From an uncultured Actinomycetota bacterium (GTDB lineage: Bacteria; Actinomycetota; Actinomycetes; CAWDCV01), in the NCBI GenBank assembly GCA_963801015.1, contig CAWDCV010000002.1:1307200-1371199 (forward strand): DNA of 64,000 nt. Reading direction: 5' to 3'. Below, one piece after another: positions 18,964 to 28,716 of the stretch. The notes beneath the pieces were generated by a model. That model saw only the letters and a list, made by a program, of their open reading frames with translations. It was not told the origin of the DNA and ran no database searches. A program made the translations under genes and the position numbers. Position 1 is the first letter of the stretch, and every line of letters begins with the position of its first letter.

Positions 18964-20205
18964 TCATGGTGAGACTGAAGAGCCGAGCCGGGGTCCAGGG
19001 GTGAAGCGCGCCGGGATCCGCTGGTAGCCGGCGTTCACACCCTGGGACGGGTAGGCCTGGACAGCATCCAGGTCCACCTCGTAATCGGGCATCCGTGTAA
19101 GGACCTGGCCAAGCAGCTCACGAGCCATCGCGCGACCGAGGTGGGCGCCTGCACAGCGATGGACACCGATGCCGAAGCCGGCGTGCCGGTTGGGCCAGCG
19201 CAGGATGTCGACCGAGTCGGGCTCGTCGAACGCTTCGGGATCGCGGTTGGCCGACGCCCACGCGAGGAGCACGCGGTCGCCCGGCTGCAGCGGGCAGCCG
19301 GCCAGCGTCGTGTCCTGCGTGACGGTACGCGCCAGTGCCTGGGTGGGCGAGAACGCGCGGAGGAATTCCTCGACGGCGCGCTCGAGCAGGGCGGGATCGT
19401 CGCGCAGTTGCTGCCGCTGCTCGGGGTGGCGGGCGAGGTGGACCAGGGCCTGGCTGACCAGCGAGGCCGTCGTTCCTACGCCGCCGGAGATCAGCAGCTC
19501 GACCATCGAGTAGGCGTCGTCGAGCTCGATCGGGCGCTCGTCGATCTGGGCGGCGACGATCCAGCTGATCAGGTCGTCGCGCGGGTGCTCGCGGCGGTCC
19601 GCGACTGCAGCGCGGATCTGCTCGGTGATCCATGGCAGGTCGATCTCGACGGCGCGGCTGTGCTCGGGGCTGCCCGGGACGTTGGCCAGCACCGCGTGCA
19701 GAGCGCTGGCGTAGCGCTTCCACTCGGCGGTGTCCATGCCCAGCCAGTCCAGAGTGACGACCGCCGGGACGCCAATAACGGAGGCGAAATCGCACTCGCC
19801 GTCCTCGATGACCTGATCGATGAACCACGTCGTCCAGGCCCGAATCGTCGGCAGCAGGTCCTGAATGGCGTCCGGCGTGGTCTTCGGGTTGAGGATCTTG
19901 CGGTACGGGCGCGAGCGCGGCGGGTCGAGCTCGACCGGGATGTGCAGGTGGACCGGGACCTTCGGAATGACGGTCGCGAGGCCCTCACCCCCGCTGCTCG
20001 AGCGGGCCGACGAGAACACCTGGTCGGTGCGCGCGGCCTCGAACACCTCGTCGTACTCGGTCAGGACGTAGTAGCCGCCGTGCGCGCTCGTCCAGACGAT
20101 CGGCCCGTACTCCCGCAGCCGGCGGTAACTCGCCACCGGGTCGGCCGCATGCTCGGGCGAGGTGTGGTCGAAGTCGACGACAGGACAGGAGGGCGACTCG
20201 GGCAT
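18964..20205 (-). CDS. Cytochrome P450 (paralog 1)
   Basis: EEFLR (ExxR), FGIGVHRCAG heme motif, atypical I-helix GGVGTT. Confidence 0.95.
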   Translation of the reverse strand: MPESPSCPVVDFDHTSPEHAADPVASYRRLREYGPIVWTSAHGGYYVLTEYDEVFEAARTDQVFSSARSSSGGEGLATVIPKVPVHLHIPVELDPPRSRPYRKILNPKTTPDAIQDLLPTIRAWTTWFIDQVIEDGECDFASVIGVPAVVTLDWLGMDTAEWKRYASALHAVLANVPGSPEHSRAVEIDLPWITEQIRAAVADRREHPRDDLISWIVAAQIDERPIELDDAYSMVELLISGGVGTTASLVSQALVHLARHPEQRQQLRDDPALLERAVEEFLRAFSPTQALARTVTQDTTLAGCPLQPGDRVLLAWASANRDPEAFDEPDSVDILRWPNRHAGFGIGVHRCAGAHLGRAMARELLGQVLTRMPDYEVDLDAVQAYPSQGVNAGYQRIPARFTPGPRLGSSVSP

Positions 20206-20206
20206 G

Positions 20207-20683
20207 TCAAGCAATCCCGTCGCGCGGTTCGAGGACGATGACGGGCGTTTCGGTCGACCGATTGCCGGCGTACGCGTCGATGTCTGGATTGACCGCCGTC
20301 CAGCGCCGCCACAGCCGATCGCGTTCCTGCCCTTGTGACGCTCGCGCGTGCACCGGCCTGGGCTCTTGGCCGGTCAAGCGAACGATGGCGTCGGGGTGTG
20401 CCTCGAGGTTGAGCCACCACGACGGATGCCCCTCGTCCCACCCGTTCATCGCGAGCGCGACGAGGTTCGGACCGTCCTCGAGGTAGCCGATGATGACGCT
20501 GCGCTCTTGGCCTGACTTCCGCCCGACGGTCGTGAGGCGCAACGCGCCCCAGCCGCGCTTGTTCGACGTGGTCCACAGAAACCGGCCACCGCTGAGTCGA
20601 AACAGCGCGCGGTGAACACGCCAAGCCGCATGGACGAACCACGGCGGCGGGTGCCGTGGTGGTCGGGTTGCCGCATCGCTCAT
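20207..20683 (-). CDS. DDN-family (deazaflavin-dependent) nitroreductase
   Basis: LTTVGRKSGQER, HPSWWLNL, ETPVIVL. Confidence 0.88.
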   Translation of the reverse strand: MSDAATRPPRHPPPWFVHAAWRVHRALFRLSGGRFLWTTSNKRGWGALRLTTVGRKSGQERSVIIGYLEDGPNLVALAMNGWDEGHPSWWLNLEAHPDAIVRLTGQEPRPVHARASQGQERDRLWRRWTAVNPDIDAYAGNRSTETPVIVLEPRDGIA

Positions 20684-20734
20684 GGCGCATCTCCCTATGA
20701 GCACGGATGTCGTCGCTCTGCCCCGGGCGCAAGT

Positions 20735-20751
20735 ATGATAATGGTTCGCAT
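20735..20751. promoter_or_regulatory. Putative 17-bp operator, site 4
   Basis: ATGATAATGGTTCGCAT; overlaps the -10 and the ATG of LLM 2. Confidence 0.7.
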
Positions 20752-21787
20752 GGAGATCGGCGTCATCCTCGGCGACGTCCGCACCTCGCTGTCGCCACGC
20801 GAGCACCTCGACAACCTGCTGCGACAGGTGGAGGCGGCGCAGCGCGCCGGCATCACCTACGTGACGATCGGGCAGCACTACCTGTACGGCGACCTGCGCT
20901 GGCTGCAGCCGATCCCCACGCTCGCGCGCCTTGCCGCCGAGCTCGACGACTCGGTGACACTGGCCACGACCATCGTCCAGGTGCCCCTGTACCACCCGGT
21001 CGCACTCGCCGAAGATCTCGCAACGCTCGACATCCTGACGCGCGGGCGACTCGTGGTCGGGGCGGGCGCCGGCTACCGGCGCGACGAGTTCGACGCGTTC
21101 GAGATCGACTTCTCTGCGCGCTTCGCGATGCTCGATGAGTCGTTAACGCTGATCAAGCAGCTGTGGACCGAGCCGGCGGTGACGTTCTCTGGCCGGTTCT
21201 GGTCGGTGACCGACGTCCGGCCTCACATTCAGCCGTGGCAGCAGCCTCATCCGCCGATCTGGATCGGGGCGATGACGGAGACCGGCGTCCGGCGCTCGGC
21301 GCGCCTCGGCGACGGCTGGCCGATCACGCCGGAGACGCGGGTGCCCGACATCGTGCGGTTGCTCTCGGTGTACGAGGACGAGCGGACGCGGCTGGGACGA
21401 CCCCAGGTCCGACATCCCCTCCGACACGAGATCGTGCCGGCCGCGACGACATCACTCGCCTACGAGCGGTTCGAGTCGATGGCGAAGGCACGGCTGATGG
21501 CGTACGCGCAGCGTTCACTGGCCACGCGCGATGCGGCGGAGATCGACGCCGACTTCCGGGCGCTGGCGGAGAAGGAAGCCTTTCTCGGGACGCCTGCGGA
21601 ATGCGTGGCGCAGATCGCCGCGTTGGCGGCTCTGGCGCCGATCGACCCGATCCTCGTGCGCGCGCAGTGGCCGGACATGTCAGGTGACGACGTGGTCGCC
21701 TACCTCGACGACCTGGGCCGCGACATCGTCCCCGCCCTCCGCGAGATCACCTCCGTCCCCCGCGTCGTCCGTTCAGCGTCACAATGA
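20750..21787 (+). CDS. LLM-class oxidoreductase 2
   Basis: GQHYLYGDLRWLQPIP, LAEDLATLD, PPIWIG; close paralog of LLM 1. Confidence 0.9.
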   Translation: MEIGVILGDVRTSLSPREHLDNLLRQVEAAQRAGITYVTIGQHYLYGDLRWLQPIPTLARLAAELDDSVTLATTIVQVPLYHPVALAEDLATLDILTRGRLVVGAGAGYRRDEFDAFEIDFSARFAMLDESLTLIKQLWTEPAVTFSGRFWSVTDVRPHIQPWQQPHPPIWIGAMTETGVRRSARLGDGWPITPETRVPDIVRLLSVYEDERTRLGRPQVRHPLRHEIVPAATTSLAYERFESMAKARLMAYAQRSLATRDAAEIDADFRALAEKEAFLGTPAECVAQIAALAALAPIDPILVRAQWPDMSGDDVVAYLDDLGRDIVPALREITSVPRVVRSASQ

Positions 21788-21889
21788 CGCCGATCGGCCG
21801 CCCGCGGCCAGGGAACCGACAGCTGGTTCCGCTTGCCCACGACACGCCGACGAAAGCGTGCAGAACGAACCAGCAGCGCGGGCAAGGCG

Positions 21890-23380
21890 CTAGCTGGGTC
21901 GTGCTGGTGGGGCAAGGTCGCGAGCCCAGTCGCGTAGTTGCGCCTTGGCGACCTTGCCGAGCGTCGCGCGAGGCAGCTCGGTGACGACGCGGATCTCGCG
22001 TGGGCGCTTGAAGGGCGGCAGCGAAGCCTCGCAGGCCGCCTCGATCGCGGCGACAACCGCGCTGCCGTCCTCGATGACGACAAAGGCAACCGGTACGTCG
22101 CCGAGCATCGGATCGGGGCGGCCGACGACGACGGCCTCGACAACGCCGGGGACAGTAAGCAGGACGCGCTCGATCTCTGGCGCGCCCACGTTCTCGCCGC
22201 CGACCTTGAGCACGTCCTTGTCGCGCTCGACGAACGAGATCGTGCCTTCCTCGTCGACCCGGACGCGGTCGCCGGTGCGGAACCAGCCGTCGTCGATGTA
22301 CGCGGCAGCCGTCGCAGCGTCGTCGCCGAGGTAGCCGGCAAACATCGACACACCCGGAACGCCGCGCACGAGGAGCGAACCGCTCTGGCCAGGCTCCGCC
22401 GGAATGTCGTCGTCGGACAGCACCGCGACCTCGTACTCCGGCGCCGGGCGGCCCATGCTGCCCGCACGATCGGCCGGGCCGCCCACGATCGGGTGCGACA
22501 CCGTCTCCGTCATGCCGTACCAGCCGACAGTCCCGACTCCGCCGAGGCCGGCACCGACCGGCGTGCAGCGGCTGTGGCCCATACCGCGGTAGGCGTGCCG
22601 ATCCGGCGACGGGTGCGACGACAACGCCCGTTCAGCGAACGTCACGATCGACGTCCACGTGCATGCGTATCGCACGGACACGTCCCAGAAGCGCGACGCG
22701 GAGAACCGCGGTTGCAGCACCACGGTCGCGCCGGCGTGCCACGTCGACAGCAGCGAGTACGACAGCGCGTTCGTGTGGAACAGCGGCAGGTGGATCAAGT
22801 TGACGTCGGACGGCCGCATCGACTGGTGCGCGGCTCCGACCGCCCCCGCCCATCGGCAGTTGGCGTGCGTCCACACCACCGCCTTGGGACGTGCGGTCGT
22901 CCCGGACGTGTACAGCACCGATGCTGCGCGAGCTGGATCAATCGACGGTCGTTGGACGTTGGCATCGGACGTCAGGACAGCGTCGACGTCGGAAATCACC
23001 CAGCGCAGGTCGGGCATCGCCTGCCCGAGGTCGTACGCACGCGATGGCTGCACGATCGCGCCGGTAGGCGCGGCATGCGATCCGTACCAGCGCAGCTCGT
23101 CGACAGTGCTGCGCGCGTTCAGGCTGACCGCGATCGCCCCCAGAAGCGGAACTGCCGCCCATGCCCGCACCATGTCCGGGCTGTTGTCGCCGAGGATCAC
23201 GACCCGGTCTCCGACTGACACACCCCGGCGCTGCAGCTCGGCAGCCAGTCGATAGATGTCGTGCACCAGCTCGCCGTACGTCCACAACCGGCCCGGCCCG
23301 TCGAACGGCACCCAGTGCAGCGCCGGATGCGTGCTGCGAGTGCGCGCCAGCCGGTCGAGGAGCGACCCGATGTCGCTCAA
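21890..23380 (-). CDS. AMP-forming acyl-CoA ligase (CaiC-like)
   Basis: YTSGTTARPK, YGMTE, WFRTGD, KVGGEN, LGK. Confidence 0.92.
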   Translation of the reverse strand: MSDIGSLLDRLARTRSTHPALHWVPFDGPGRLWTYGELVHDIYRLAAELQRRGVSVGDRVVILGDNSPDMVRAWAAVPLLGAIAVSLNARSTVDELRWYGSHAAPTGAIVQPSRAYDLGQAMPDLRWVISDVDAVLTSDANVQRPSIDPARAASVLYTSGTTARPKAVVWTHANCRWAGAVGAAHQSMRPSDVNLIHLPLFHTNALSYSLLSTWHAGATVVLQPRFSASRFWDVSVRYACTWTSIVTFAERALSSHPSPDRHAYRGMGHSRCTPVGAGLGGVGTVGWYGMTETVSHPIVGGPADRAGSMGRPAPEYEVAVLSDDDIPAEPGQSGSLLVRGVPGVSMFAGYLGDDAATAAAYIDDGWFRTGDRVRVDEEGTISFVERDKDVLKVGGENVGAPEIERVLLTVPGVVEAVVVGRPDPMLGDVPVAFVVIEDGSAVVAAIEAACEASLPPFKRPREIRVVTELPRATLGKVAKAQLRDWARDLAPPARPS

Positions 23381-23676
23381 ACGTCGATGTCGAGGACGAG
23401 CGACTGGAACGACTTGCCGTGCGGATCGACACGCGCGCTCATCGAGACGCCGCCCGCGAGCGCGCGCGTCAACACGAAGTTGAGCCCGTGCGAGCGCGGC
23501 AGCTCATAGCGGACGACGTCACCCTGCACGAGGGATCCGAACCGATCCCGCACCGCGTCGGCCGTCAACACATCAAGCAGCTGCGGATAGTCGGCCGGGT
23601 CGTACACGAACACGCAGATGTTGCTCGTATCGCCCTTGTCGCCCGAGCGGCTGTACGCGATCTCGCGCAGCTTCAC
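23377..23676 (-). CDS. AtuA-related small ferredoxin-like-fold protein
   Basis: LREIAYSRSGDKGD, ALAGGV, DPHGKS: matches the AtuA C-terminal repeat domain. Confidence 0.8.
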   Translation of the reverse strand: MKLREIAYSRSGDKGDTSNICVFVYDPADYPQLLDVLTADAVRDRFGSLVQGDVVRYELPRSHGLNFVLTRALAGGVSMSARVDPHGKSFQSLVLDIDV

Positions 23677-25013
23677 GCGGTCACCACCGCGGTCTCGACG
23701 GCGATCCGCTCGCGCGGCACGAACGCCGATGTCACGCCCAGCGCCGGCGTCACGGTGGTCACGACACCCGCGCCGCCTGCCGGCCCGAACCAGAGGTACT
23801 CGATCTCGTACGCGGTCGCCCGGGCGATCTCTTGCGACGCCGATCGCGCTCCTAACCGCAGGCGGACCTCGGCCGGGTAGCCGCCGGGCATCTGATCCCC
23901 GAACAGCGAGTCGACGCCCTGCAGGTCGATGCGCAGGTCATCGATTTCATCAAGGAAAGAGTCCAGCCTCGTTCGCACGATCTCCTCCGCGCGCCGCGCC
24001 CGCTCAATGCAGCCCGGACCGCCGTAGGACACTTCACCGACGACCCGCCAGCCCTGGTCGACGCCGACGAGGACCTTGAGGTCGTCCGGTCGCGCCGCAC
24101 CCCGCGCTCCGCCGGCCCGGACCCGATCGGGCCCGACCTCCTCGATGACCACGTCGCTGAAGTCGGCGGTCACATCCGGGGTGAGGTAGCGCGCCGGGTC
24201 GTGAATCTCGTAGTACAGCTGCGTCTTGATCGTCCGCTCGTCGACCGCGCCGCCGGTGCCATCCAGTTTCGTGACGACCGCGCCGGAGTCGGAGACCTCG
24301 GCGTACGGAAAGGCGAGCCGGTGCGGGTCCTTCACCACGCGGAACGGCGGGTCTTCGAACTGGCCGCCGGTGGCATGCACGCCGCATTCGAGCAGGTGAC
24401 CGACGAGCGTGGCAGCGCCGACCTGGTCCCAGTCGTCGAGTGCCCACCCGAGCTCGTGGCAGATCGGCGCGACGAACAACGACGGATCGGCGAGCCGCCC
24501 ACCGACGACGAGCTGCGCGTCCTGCTCGAGGCAATCGACGATCGGCTCAGCGCCGAGGTAAGCGTTGGCGCAAACCACGCGGTCCCCCAGTGCCTCGACG
24601 GTCGTGCCGAGTTCCGGCAAGTCCGCGTCGAGATCGCGCACCAGGGCGAGCACGTCGTCGCCGGTCACCACCCCGATACGCGTACCGGTGAGGCCAACGG
24701 ACCGCAGCCCGGCACAGAACTCGTCTACCGCCGCCGGCGGGTTCGCAGCGCCGAAGTTGCCGATCACTCGGCCGCCGCCGGCAAGGTATGAGCGCAGCAG
24801 CGGCACCAGTCGCCCGATCCGCTCGTCCTGCCCCGCGGCCGGGTTCTGCCGGCGACGCAGCTGCGCGTACGCAAGCGTTCGCTCGGCCAGGCAGTCGAAG
24901 CTCAGGTAGCTCACCCGGCCGCTGTCGGCGAGCTCGGCGGCGGGTTCGAGACGGTCGTTTGCATACGCCGACCCGCAGCCGATCGAGATCCGCTTCATCA
25001 GCGGAAGTGTCAC
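23673..25013 (-). CDS. Acyclic terpene utilization AtuA family protein 1
   Basis: IGCGS, CLAERT, ANAYLGA, GRLADPSL, GHLLECG, QLYYEIHDP..YLTPDV. Confidence 0.9.
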   Translation of the reverse strand: MTLPLMKRISIGCGSAYANDRLEPAAELADSGRVSYLSFDCLAERTLAYAQLRRRQNPAAGQDERIGRLVPLLRSYLAGGGRVIGNFGAANPPAAVDEFCAGLRSVGLTGTRIGVVTGDDVLALVRDLDADLPELGTTVEALGDRVVCANAYLGAEPIVDCLEQDAQLVVGGRLADPSLFVAPICHELGWALDDWDQVGAATLVGHLLECGVHATGGQFEDPPFRVVKDPHRLAFPYAEVSDSGAVVTKLDGTGGAVDERTIKTQLYYEIHDPARYLTPDVTADFSDVVIEEVGPDRVRAGGARGAARPDDLKVLVGVDQGWRVVGEVSYGGPGCIERARRAEEIVRTRLDSFLDEIDDLRIDLQGVDSLFGDQMPGGYPAEVRLRLGARSASQEIARATAYEIEYLWFGPAGGAGVVTTVTPALGVTSAFVPRERIAVETAVVTA

Positions 25014-26521
25014 CTCCCCACCGATGCCAGCGGGAACTGGACGTGCCGGACGTGGAAGAACTCGCGGAAGCCCTCCATGCCGCGGTCGATGCCGACGCCG
25101 CTATCGCCGGCGCCGGGCCAGGGCGCGTCCGGCCGGTCGGCGCCACCGCCGTTGATCGTCACCGTGCCCGCCTTGAGCTGCCGGGCAAAACGCATCGCCT
25201 CGTCGGTCGCACCCCAGACGTTCGCGTTCAGCCCGTACCTGGTGCCGTTCGCGATCGCCAGCGCCTCCTCGACGGAGTCGTACGGCAGCAGCACGCCGAT
25301 CGGACCGAACAGCTCCTCCTGGCAGATCTCCGCGTCGTTGTCGACGCCGCCGATGAGCGCGGGATTGAGGTAGAAGCCACCGTTGTCGACGGAAGGACGG
25401 CCGCCGCCGGCGAGGACGACGGCGCCCTCGTCGACTGCGCGGTCGACGTACGCCTGAACGCGATCGCGGTGGTCGCCCCGGATCAGCGGACCGAGATCGG
25501 TGCCCTCATCCCAGGGGTCGCCGACCGTGAGGCCGCCGATGAACTCCTTCGCCGCAGCCGCGTAGTCGTCGTACCACTCGCGCGGGACGAGCGTGCGCGT
25601 CGTCGCGCCGCAGCCCTGTCCGGAGTTGCGGATGTAGCGCAAGATCGACGGTCCGACGGCGCTGGCGAGATGCGCGCTCGGCAGCAACACGTTCGGTGAC
25701 TTGCCGCCGAGCTCGAGCACGACCTTCTTCAGGCCGCGCGACGCCTGCTCCATCACCTTTCGACCAACGGCAACCGAACCGGTGAACGTCACCATGTCCA
25801 CCCCGGGGGCGGTGGTCAGCGCGGTCCCGACCTCTGCCTCGCCGAGCACCAGCGTGACCGCGCCGGGCGGCAGCTCGGCCTCCCGGACGCAGGACAAAAA
25901 GGCGATGGCCGACAGCGGCGTGCGCGGCGAGGGCATCAGCACGGTCGTGCATCCAGCCGCGAGCGCGCCGCCGACCTTGAAGGAGGTGATGAGCAGCGGG
26001 AAGTTGTACGCCGCGATGGCGGCGACAACGCCGATGGGCTCGCGGAACAGGGTGCTCATCGCCATCACCGGCGCCTCGCTCAGGCCGAGACCCTCCTCGT
26101 ACCCTCCCATCGGTCCGCGGAGCGCAGCATCGGCCCACCAGCGGAAGAACGAGATGGGCGCGCCGGCGTGCAGGCCTCGACTGAGCGTGATCGGGGATCC
26201 GACCTCGAGCGTGCCGATCTCCGCCAGCTCGCTTGCATGGGACGTCAGGACATCGGTGAGCCGATGAAGATGCCGGCTGCGTTCTGCGGACGAGAGGCTC
26301 GACCAGGCTCCGGAATCGAACGCGCTGCGAGCGCGGGCGACCGCGCCCGTCACGTCGTCGGTGCTCGATGCGGGCACCGATCCAACCGTGTTCCCGGTCG
26401 AGGGGTCGACGACGTCGAGGGACGCTGGCTCGGTCGCGGCGATCCATCCCTGCGCGGCCAGCTCGTCGACGTCGCCGAGCAGATCACGGGCCGAGGCGGA
26501 GAGGTGCGTGGTCTCGTACAT
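25010..26521 (-). CDS. Aldehyde dehydrogenase
   Basis: NFP, FTGS, LELGGKSP, NSGQGC, EELFGP. Confidence 0.93.
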   Translation of the reverse strand: MYETTHLSASARDLLGDVDELAAQGWIAATEPASLDVVDPSTGNTVGSVPASSTDDVTGAVARARSAFDSGAWSSLSSAERSRHLHRLTDVLTSHASELAEIGTLEVGSPITLSRGLHAGAPISFFRWWADAALRGPMGGYEEGLGLSEAPVMAMSTLFREPIGVVAAIAAYNFPLLITSFKVGGALAAGCTTVLMPSPRTPLSAIAFLSCVREAELPPGAVTLVLGEAEVGTALTTAPGVDMVTFTGSVAVGRKVMEQASRGLKKVVLELGGKSPNVLLPSAHLASAVGPSILRYIRNSGQGCGATTRTLVPREWYDDYAAAAKEFIGGLTVGDPWDEGTDLGPLIRGDHRDRVQAYVDRAVDEGAVVLAGGGRPSVDNGGFYLNPALIGGVDNDAEICQEELFGPIGVLLPYDSVEEALAIANGTRYGLNANVWGATDEAMRFARQLKAGTVTINGGGADRPDAPWPGAGDSGVGIDRGMEGFREFFHVRHVQFPLASVGR

Positions 26522-26534
26522 CGGTCCTCCTGCA

Positions 26535-26567
26535 TTGACAGGGAGTATCTAGGATAACCATTATCAG
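26535..26567. promoter_or_regulatory. TTGACA -35 box plus putative operator, site 5
   Basis: TTGACA 26535-26540; AGGATAACCATTATCAG 26551-26567 (reverse complement CTGATAATGGTTATCCT). Confidence 0.65.
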
Positions 26568-26604
26568 ACCTAGCTCACTAGCCCTGCCCGGAGGTGCGGA
26601 ACGC

Positions 26605-27878
26605 ATGACGACTTCGGACACCCATGAGCCCAAGGTGGAGTTCGACCACAACTCCCAGCAGCACTCCGAGGACCCCGTCGCGTCGTACCGCGAGCTGCGG
26701 GAGAAGTGCCCGGTCGCCTGGACCGAGGCGCACGGCGGCTACTGGGTGATGTCGGGCTACGACACCGTGTTCGAGGCAGCGCGTGACGACGACGTCTTCT
26801 CGTCGGCGCGCAACTCGTACGGCGGCGAGGGATTGACGGTCGTCATCCCGAAGACGCCGATGCACCTGCACATCCCGATCGAGATCGACCCGCCGGAGTT
26901 CCGCAAGTACCGCAAGCTCATCAACCCGCTCACGTCGCCGGCCGCGATCGCGCGGATGTCGAACCTGGTCACGAAGTACACGACCTGGTTCATCGATCAA
27001 GTGATCGAGACCGGCGAGTGCGACTTCACCCAGGTCATCGGCGTGCCGTCGATCGTGACCGTCGATTGGCTCGGACTGCCGGTGGAGGACTGGGCGCGCT
27101 ACTCGTTCGCCCACCACGCCGTACTTGCTGCCGTCCCGGGCAGCGAGGAGTACGAGCGGGCGACCAAGGTCGAGCTGCCGTACCTGTCCGAGCAGATGCG
27201 CGAGGTCATCGCGGCGCGGCGCCGCGAGCCGCAGAACGACGTCATCAGCGCGCTGCTGCAGCAAGAGGTCGACGATCGCCCGGTCACCGAGGAAGAAGTC
27301 TTCTCGATGATCGAGCTGCTGCTCGCCGGCGGCGTCGGAACGACGGCCTCGCTGGTCAGCCAGACGCTGGTGTGGCTGTACCAGAACCAGGACGTCCGGC
27401 AGCGGCTCATCGACGACCCGTCGCTGCTCGATCGGGCCATCGAGGAGTTCCTCCGCTACTTCTCGCCCACGCAGGCGCTGGCCCGGACGGTGGCGCAGGA
27501 CGCGGAGTTCCACGGCTGCACGGTGACGACCGGCGATCGGGTGCTGCTGGCGTGGGCGTCGGCAAACCGGGACAAGTCGCAGTTCGAGGAGCCGGACACG
27601 CTGAACATCGACCGCTGGCCGAATCGGCACACCGCGTTCGGCGTCGGTGTGCACCGCTGCGCCGGGCTCGCACCTCGGCCGCGCGATGGCGAGGGAGATC
27701 CTCAGCCAGATCCTCGAGCGGATGCCCGACTACGTCGTCGACCTCGACAAGGTCGAGCGCGTACCCGCACCAGGGCACCAACACCGGCTGGCAGAAGATT
27801 CCGGCGACGTTCACCCCGGGTCCACGGCGCGGCGAGACGCTCGACATCCCCGATGCCACGCTCCCCGATCTCTACTAG
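26605..27878 (+). CDS. Cytochrome P450 (paralog 2); apparent frameshifts near 27666 and 27758
   Basis: EEFLR, FGVGVHRCAG, GGVGTT; tail HLGRAMARE..YPHQGTNTGW..FTPG recovered in shifted frames by alignment with paralog 1. Confidence 0.9.
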
Positions 27879-27885
27879 TTGCGTA

Positions 27886-28674
27886 CTAGTTGAGGATGAG
27901 GCCGCCCTCCATCGGAAGGATCGCGCCGTTGAGATAGGCGCCCTGCGGCGACGCGAGGAACACGACCAGATTGGCGATGTCCTCGGGCTCGGCCATCCGG
28001 CCGGCGGGGATGTTGTCGATGAGTCGCTTTCGCAGTGCCGGATCGTCTTGCACCTGCTGTGACATCGCGGTACGGACCGCGCCCGGGCAGATGGCGTTGA
28101 CACGAATGCCATGCCGTGCGTACGTCAACACCAGCGCTCGTGTCAGGCCGATCACACCGGCCTTCGACGACGCGTACGCAATCGCCGCGCTGCCGATCAG
28201 CGCGCCCGAGACGGACGCCGTGAACACGATGCTGCCGCCACCACTGCCGCCACTGGCGCCATCGAGCAGCAGCGGCATCGCATGCTTGCTGCAGAGGTAC
28301 GCTCCGGTCAGGTTGACGTCGATGGTGCGCTGCCAGGTAGCGATATCGAGGGTGTCGAGCGGGCCGTCGTTGCCGACGCCGTGTCCGAGAAATATGCCGG
28401 CGTTGCTGTGCAGCACGTCGAGCCGCCCGTACTCCTGGCGCACGGCAGCGAACGCAGCAACCACCGAGCCCTCGTCGGAGACGTCGCACACTCGCGCCGC
28501 AGCACCCTCTCCCAGCGCTGCAGCGACCTGCGACGCTGCCTCGATCTGAACATCGAGGAGCACCACCCGGTAGCCCGCGTTATGCAGGGCGCGGGCCGAC
28601 GCGGCACCCACTCCAGCGCCCGCTCCCGTCACCACGGCCACCGGGTTCATCGCAGCGCTCTGGTCACTAACCAT
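27886..28674 (-). CDS. SDR oxidoreductase (start 28674 or 28650)
   Basis: TGAGAGVG, SNAG, YASSK, NAICPG. Confidence 0.9.
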   Translation of the reverse strand: MVSDQSAAMNPVAVVTGAGAGVGAASARALHNAGYRVVLLDVQIEAASQVAAALGEGAAARVCDVSDEGSVVAAFAAVRQEYGRLDVLHSNAGIFLGHGVGNDGPLDTLDIATWQRTIDVNLTGAYLCSKHAMPLLLDGASGGSGGGSIVFTASVSGALIGSAAIAYASSKAGVIGLTRALVLTYARHGIRVNAICPGAVRTAMSQQVQDDPALRKRLIDNIPAGRMAEPEDIANLVVFLASPQGAYLNGAILPMEGGLILN

Positions 28675-28695
28675 GGTTATGAATATCATGGACAT
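28673..28695. promoter_or_regulatory. Putative operator, site 6 (two overlapping copies)
   Basis: ATGGTTATGAATATCAT (28673-28689) and ATGAATATCATGGACAT (28679-28695). Confidence 0.7.
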
Positions 28696-28716
28696 CCGGC
28701 AGTGAGGGAGAGGCGC

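Noticed and set aside
27873-27892. TACTAGTTG direct repeat between convergent P450-2 and SDR, possible transposon footprint
   Set aside because: Explained by the two adjacent TAG stop codons; no IS remnant nearby
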